Positions 57,940 to 64,000 of a DNA stretch of 64,000 nucleotides are shown here, piece after piece (the stretch's first letter is position 1; each line of letters starts with the position of its first letter). The stretch comes from Schizochytrium sp. TIO01. Its lineage: Eukaryota > Protista > Bigyra: Labyrinthulomycetes. The position numbers and the translations under genes are program-made. The stretch covers positions 1,743,270-1,807,269 of the forward strand of contig SMSO01000007.1 of the NCBI GenBank assembly GCA_004764695.1, in the 5' to 3' direction. A model generated the notes under the pieces. The model did no database searches, was not told the origin of the DNA, and was given only the letters and a program-made list of their open reading frames with translations.

Positions 57940-58360
57940 GCAAGAGGTTTCGAGTTTGCCAGAGATATTCATTCGTGTATTAACTCGAGCTAGAATAGCA
58001 TCCGCGTCCGACGGCCCTCCCGCACGCACAATCTATGCTAGCCCAGTCGGTCGTAATCTACGAATCAGAATAAAAGACGAAGCTCTCTCTAATAATCTTT
58101 TTAAGTTGGCAAATTACTATCGTGCACATAAATCTTACGTCGTGGGAGTATATAACTTGACCCAAGTACAGGCATAAGCTCCTGAAGGGTCTGTCTCAGA
58201 GTCTCCCTCCGAACCTCAAGTAGATTTCAAGGCGTTAGCATCATTCGAAACCTTCCATAAAGCCAAAATTCTGCGGTGGCTCCATGACGACGTGACTGTA
58301 GAAACTTTAGAAAAGTTCCTCGTGCCTGCAACTCGCAAAGTTTTCTTTGGAAAGGTAGAC
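57940..58360 (+). mobile_element. Possible decayed Ty3/Gypsy-like RT N-terminal fragment
   Basis: One frame reads LPEIFIRVL...DGPPAR...LRIRIKDEA (cf. DVFR..LG.DPPA...PL.IRLK.GA), then after one stop VDFKAL (58220) and FFGKVD (58343-58360). Spacing is somewhat longer than canonical. Confidence 0.3.
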
Positions 58361-58940
58361 TCGAAGGTCGCTTCGCACACCTCCCTTCGCCAACCTCAGA
58401 ACCATAGTAATAGGTACCTATCACCATCAATTCCCTTGACATTTCACGACACGTCTATAATACTGTGCAGAACTTGAACTGCTGAGTTGGATGGTGACGT
58501 GCTTGCTCTCAGGGTTCAAGTCTGTTGTGTTAGGTTCCTGAGTTTGCATACCTACCTACTTACTTCTCAGTTCGACTTGATTCACCTCCAACTCATTGCT
58601 ATAACATGATTTTCAACTCGCAGTCTCGCTCAATCTCTCCAAATCCCTCTCACTCGTTCACTTACACACAGAAAGACTGTGCACGTGCGTGTGTGCGGAG
58701 GTACCTACTGAGACTACCCTAGCTGCTACTTAGACAGATAGGTAGGTGTCTAGGTAGGTGCTGCTAGTACGTGTAAATCGAAGAGGTTGATTAAGTTCAA
58801 AAGATCCCTGAGGATAAAAAATCATTCTCCAAGCTCTTCTCTAGCGCATGCTACGTAGTGGGCATCAATGAATCGAATGCGGAAAAGCACATTGGTGGGC
58901 AACAATTAACTAGAGCAGTATCGAGTGAGCCTGTAAAATG

Positions 58941-58987
58941 GTTTGTTTGTTTGTTTGTTTGTTTGTTTGTTTGTTTGTTTGTTTGTT
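58941..58987. repeat. (GTTT)n microsatellite
   Basis: About 11 perfect copies, directly visible. Confidence 0.95.
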
Positions 58988-61545
58988 GAATATAAACATC
59001 TCATTTTCGTGAGAATGCGATTTTGGAAGAGGATAAGAATTGCAAGTGCAGACCCTATCAGCGCTGTAGGTACTCCTATGGCGCCAGCCCCCCCCGTTCA
59101 CGTGCCGCAATACATATCCTGTATCAAAAGATGCAGAGCAAGTTTTAAGTGCACACCCTGTGCGTCTGGGGATAATAATGTCATGGTAAAGGTTAGAAGG
59201 GCAGTGTGAAACGCAGATTGATTTAGTTGTGCAGAAAATCCCAGATCACGTTCACCTTGTAGGCGCATAGTGCAGCATAAATGACATTGATGCTGTGCTG
59301 AAGGGATACTTCATACAAGTTTCACGGAGGCTCTTTTTATTGGATAATCGATCAATCACAGATTGCAGACAGGAATCGCAACAGCAAACATAAATCTTGA
59401 GGCGGTTGGTTTTCTCTGGACAGCGGCTTTGGCCAAGACCAGGTGAGCATCACCAGCGACAGTCCCTTAAAGCGAGCTGCCCCGCGAGGAGAAGAAGAAG
59501 TACGTAAGTGAGTGAGCGAGTGAGTGAGTGAGTGTGGATCTATGTCAAATTAATGATCCTCCTTCTCAAGGTTGAGAAAGAAAAGAAGGTCTCCAGAGAT
59601 GATTTAGGCATCATAAGCGTCGAGCAAAGGATAAAAATGGGATTTGACAGGGAGTTCGAGCAGGCACGACAGCGAAGCTTGAGCAGTACACTGCTCCCCG
59701 GTGGGAGCTCTCGACATTGCTGCTGTTCTCGTCAAGGGCTTGGGCAATCGTTCGAGGCAGTGAATGAGGAGGAGGAGGAAGGAGCATAAGGTTAGTGTTT
59801 CTTTTCTTTTAACTTGAAGAGAGAATTAATTGCAAAGCGACCAAGTCCTCCGCTTTCTCGATTCTCAGACAGCAAAACCGATTGCTGCGCTGCGGCTGAT
59901 CATACTTTGACTGCTGCTAGAGCGAGCTGAGCCGTGTCCGGCGAGATCGAGGCGGTGAGTGCAGCGTACGGCGGCGGCGGCGGCCTTGCCAGGCGAGCTA
60001 GCTCCGCAGAAAGCGAGGGGCGCACGACTTGCATGAGTGATTGGGCTCCTTTGTTTGGCGACTGTGAATGTGTGAGAAAATGAGATCGAGCGAGTGAATG
60101 AAAGAGTGAATGAATGAACGCAGTTGCAGCGAGGGAGTTGGTTGTGCCGTGGGCGGGCGTGCGCCACTCCGGGCCGGGCTGGCGCTGCAGAGGATGGCAC
60201 CGTCGCGGCAAAACCGCCTGCGACGAGATGGTCCTCTGCAGCTGTTGCTTTCAAAGCTGCCTATGGCTCCAGCAGGAGAAAGAACCCCAGCTTGAGGTGT
60301 CTGCCCTCAAGAGTCTGTGTAGGTGTGCTCTTTCTTGGCCTTGTTTCGCTATGGCTTACTTTGCTTTGCGTTGCTTTGCGCGCTTTGTGAACGAAGTTCA
60401 CAATCGAGCTTGTCTTATTTGATTTGCAAACTCGATCCTGTGTTCGAGGGATGGCTTGATTTGCTGTACCTAGCTAGGTAGCAGCAGCGAGTGGCATGGC
60501 AATGGAGGAAGGGATATCATAATTGACGGCGGAGGTGACTGAGGCTTGGAGGAATGAATTGGCGGTGGTGTTTACTAGAAGGAAGCACGCACAGGTACAT
60601 ACATAGGCATGCATGCATGTGCACTACACCACGAACGAGTGCTACGAGTGAGTGCCTTCAATCAGTAGGATTGTGTACTGCGAGCCCTAATGCGAGAGTT
60701 GGATGTTTTCTTCTGTCAGGATCATGGGAGAATCCTGTGTCTGAGTTGTTGCTGTTGTTGTTCGAGTTCTGTGGTTGGTTCCTGATTTGATAGGGACGTG
60801 CTATACAAAAAAGGCTTGCGATAAAGAGGCAACAGGGGAAGGTAACGAAGCAGATATCGACTAGTCTGCGCTGCGTCACCATTCTCTTGGATGCACCCTC
60901 TCTGTCCTTGTTTAGTTGTTTCGTCTTGATGATGGTAATTCAGGAGGAGGATGGGATCTCCACATGGAAGTAGATCCCACCCCTAGAAACGATCATGCAA
61001 TCAAGCAAGCATCAAAGTATAGAATTAACCAAAACCCAAACAACAAAGTAGTAAAGAAAGCAAGAAAGAAAGAACGAAGGGGATCGTCCCTCGCTCACTA
61101 GAGCAACGGGAGTGAGAACAATTTCGCTTTCTATATCCAACAAAACGCCAACAACATAACAGCGAGCCCAATCCAGAGTTAAATACGACACGGACGTGGC
61201 GGTCTCCTCTGCCCACTCGCAATTAATTGTCATCGTGCGTGCGTCCGGTCGTGTTTTGCTGCCTGCCTGTTATCTATCGAGTTGTACCCAGACGTAGTTC
61301 GTTAGTGTAATTTGAGTGTGCTGTAGTATGTAATACGAAGTGAAGAAAGGAGAGGAGCGCGGGGAGGAGGAGGAGGAGGAGTGTCTTGACTGGCGGATTC
61401 CTTGCTATGATGAGATGAGCCTGAACTCCAAGAAGACTAACATCGATTGACCTATTGATCGATCTCAACTGCTTTCTTTCTGTTTTTGCCATGCTTGCTT
61501 TATTGCCATCGCGGCTCCCAGAAAAGCACACTCCTCGATCAATCC

Positions 61546-62235
61546 ATGATGATGCGACTTCAAGACATGTTCAAACGCGGTGAGAAGCAAACTCTCAAGC
61601 CCGTCAAGACACATGGCACCTTAAAGCGTGCCACCCTTTCCAAGCTGACCCAGCGCACCCTGGGTAGCGGCAACCTTCGCCTGGCTGTGGAGTGCCCCCC
61701 TGATGAAGACATTGATGAGTGGCTCGCCGCCAACACCGTTGATTTCTTCAACGAGATCTCTCTCCTCTACGGACTTGTGATCGATGATGCCGCCCAGTTC
61801 ACCAAGCCTGGTGAAGGATTCCCTCCCGGCTTCGAGTACCGCTGGGGCGAGAGCAACACCAAGAAGCCCATTCGTGTCTCATCCCCGGAGTACGTAGATT
61901 ACGTCATGACCTGGGTTGAGGATCAACTCGACAATGAGGCGATCTTCCCTACTCTCGAGGACGAAGATTTCCCCGACAACTTTATTGACTACATGAAGGA
62001 TATTTACAAGCGTCTCTTCCGGATCTTCGCCATCATGTACCACAGGCACTTCCACGTCTTCGAAGAGCTCGAAGCACAGGCACACCTTAACACCTGCTTC
62101 AAGCACTTTCTGTTCTTTTGCCTGCGCTACGACCTCGTTGAGGACAAGGAGCTCCTTGCACTTGAGGGCCCCGTGAAGCGTCTTAAGCAGGAGTACAAGG
62201 ACCAGGAGCTTGAGGGCGAGCACGTGATGGATTAG
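61546..62235 (+). CDS. MOB1: MOB kinase activator (MOB1-like)
   Basis: TLKP, TLGSGNLRLAV..P..ED..EWLAANTVDFFN.I.LLYG, EY.W, S.PEYVDY.M.WV..QLD.E..FP, KRLFR and HLNTCFKHF. An upstream CTAAC, polypyrimidine tract and CAG (~61437-61521) suggest a 5'-UTR intron. Confidence 0.95.
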   Translation: MMMRLQDMFKRGEKQTLKPVKTHGTLKRATLSKLTQRTLGSGNLRLAVECPPDEDIDEWLAANTVDFFNEISLLYGLVIDDAAQFTKPGEGFPPGFEYRWGESNTKKPIRVSSPEYVDYVMTWVEDQLDNEAIFPTLEDEDFPDNFIDYMKDIYKRLFRIFAIMYHRHFHVFEELEAQAHLNTCFKHFLFFCLRYDLVEDKELLALEGPVKRLKQEYKDQELEGEHVMD

Positions 62236-63094
62236 ATCATAACCCGGCCGGACCCAATCTTAGAGTCATCATCCCATTGCAGGCTTCTGCAACACTGCCC
62301 ACCTCTTCGCGGCGGATTTCCTCCTCGCCCTTGATATACTTATCACCACTGCGGCTCCTGTTGATTTCTCCTAAGTACTAGAGATCCGTCTTCCTCTTTT
62401 GTTGACCTCCAAAGATGTAAAAGTCTCAAATCGAAAAGAGCATACATCGAAGAAAGGAGGAGCACGGATTGCTCCGCTGTCATCCTGTCCCTTGGCTGTG
62501 CGCGCCTCTGCCTCTTTACCCAAGAAATACGCGCCCCAGTCGGCGACTTTTTGTTGTGTCCCCCCTACTGCATGAACTTTTCCAAAAAAAAAAATGGCGT
62601 TGTATAAATGCTGCCTTGCGATTGATTGACTTTCGTGACTAAAAATCATTTTTTGTTTAATCTCACTCCAATCTTTCCCTAATTTCGATACATGTCTTAT
62701 TGGAAAAGAGTTTGAAGGTGATTCCTGGTCTCTTGTATGTCTTGATGATTATTAGCAGGTTTAGTAGGAGAAGTTGCATATATGGGGAAGCAAATCCTTC
62801 AGAAAAAAATAAAAAATCAAGATACAGAACTCAACGTCAACATAGAAGTTGAACAAGATCAAAGACCAACAGATGCAAGGTTAATTTCAATATTCTGAGT
62901 GAATAGACTGGCTTAAACGGGCCAACTTTTGGCACCTCCCCAAAATATCACATTCACATTGCTTCGCCAATGTTTTTGTTTGTACTATGGAAACATAGCT
63001 TCACAAAAAATCATTGTCCAGCAGAGAAAATAACAAGTGCAACGAAAATATGAAAACGATCAAGCAAAAGGTGGGACAGGAAATGTAAGAAAGT

Positions 63095-64000
63095 TTAGCT
63101 GGAGTACATGAAGACAGGGTTGTCAATGGTCATGACACGGTCCTCCTCTTCGCAATGCTGGCGAATCTCCTTGGGGAGGCCAGTGAGACCACGGAAGGCC
63201 GTACCATCGAGGAAGCGCATGCCCTTCATGCCGCCCTTGATGCGCTTCTCAATCTCCTGGTTAAACTCATCAACGTCACGGTTGAGAGCGGCCTTCTTGG
63301 CCTCAGCAGCGTCACCCTCAGCAGCAAAGGCAAGGTTGAAGCCCCAGTTGCAGCCGAAGGAGGGCACGTCAACAGCGTACGGGATGACGACATCGAAGGC
63401 AGATCTCAGGGTGCTGTGGATGACAGTGAAGCACTCCTCCTTAGCGTTGTAGACGGCTCCGGGACCAGACTGAGTCACGAAGATACCACCGGGGTTAAGC
63501 TTGGTCTGAACAAAGTTGTAGAACTCGTTGGTGTACAGCTTGTAGCCAGGGCCAGCCTCGATCGGGTCGCAGATATCCATGATAACAATGTCAAAGGTCT
63601 CGTCAGTGTCCTCAAGCCACTGCTTAGCGTCCTGGTAGAAGACTTCGAAGCGGGAATCCTCGTAAGCACCACCGTTCCACTCGGGGAGCTGCTCGCGGCA
63701 GATATCACAGGCAACCTCATCAATATCAACCATGACACAGCGTTCGACACTCTCGTGGCGCAGGACCTCGCGGGCGGTGGCGAACTCACCACCACCACCG
63801 ATGAAGACCTTCTTGGGGTTCTTGTGCAAGAGCATGGCAGGGTGCACGAGGGACTCGTGGTAGATGTGCTCGTCAGCCTCAGCGCTCTGCGTCTGGCCGT
63901 CCATAACAAGGGTGCGTCCGAACTGGTTGGTGCGAATGACCTGAACACGCTGGAATGAAGACCGGGCATCAAAGCTAATTTCCTGAAGGGCGAGCTCCAC
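63095..64000 (-). CDS. Polyamine aminopropyltransferase, thermospermine synthase (ACL5)-like; 5'-truncated by the window edge
   Basis: QSAE.DE.IYHESLVHP, FIGGGGE..TAREVL, MDICDPIEAGPGYKLYT, GIFVTQSGP and VPSF...WG. The D..DP.E.GP.Y.LY and GGGE motifs are characteristic of ACL5-type enzymes rather than canonical eukaryotic spermidine synthase. Confidence 0.9.
   Translation of the reverse strand: MELALQEISFDARSSFQRVQVIRTNQFGRTLVMDGQTQSAEADEHIYHESLVHPAMLLHKNPKKVFIGGGGEFATAREVLRHESVERCVMVDIDEVACDICREQLPEWNGGAYEDSRFEVFYQDAKQWLEDTDETFDIVIMDICDPIEAGPGYKLYTNEFYNFVQTKLNPGGIFVTQSGPGAVYNAKEECFTVIHSTLRSAFDVVIPYAVDVPSFGCNWGFNLAFAAEGDAAEAKKAALNRDVDEFNQEIEKRIKGGMKGMRFLDGTAFRGLTGLPKEIRQHCEEEDRVMTIDNPVFMYSS

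Noticed and set aside
63108-63972. Long overlapping ORFs (267, 165 and 114 aa) on the aminopropyltransferase
   Set aside because: Shadows caused by strong codon bias.
1-64000. tRNA, rRNA or snRNA genes
   Set aside because: The GTTCGA occurrences inspected lack cloverleaf context and no rRNA-like sequence was seen. A covariance-model scan (tRNAscan-SE, Infernal/Rfam) would be needed to exclude small RNAs.

Overview
Eukaryotic nuclear DNA that is intron-poor with GT-AG introns. Gene content and style suggest a non-photosynthetic stramenopile, probably a thraustochytrid/labyrinthulomycete (inference). About 17 protein-coding genes are supported: a partial Pro-rich CDS, a 4-TM protein, WDR89, ITFG2 (KICSTOR), an ARM/RanBP2-zinc-finger/CaaX protein, a ~2,990-aa multi-pass surface protein, an SRPBCC-like protein, a sphingomyelin/IPC-synthase-like pseudo-enzyme fused to an FHA domain, MsrA, a gamma-carbonic anhydrase, a 3R-MYB factor, an acyl-CoA dehydrogenase, two divergently transcribed orphan N/Q-rich proteins separated by ~12.9 kb, MOB1, and a 5'-truncated thermospermine-synthase-like aminopropyltransferase. 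The long intergenic regions alternate AT-rich microsatellite tracts with GC-richer islands. Several islands, translated by eye through stops, show ordered motifs of heavily decayed Ty3/Gypsy gag-pol (low to moderate confidence). The best candidates for undescribed biology are (i) the SMS-like-FHA fusion that lacks both catalytic histidines and (ii) the giant protein with two tetraspanin-like modules and a probably cleavable ectodomain. No rRNA, tRNA or CRISPR array was found. All family assignments come from motif recognition by eye, not database searches.
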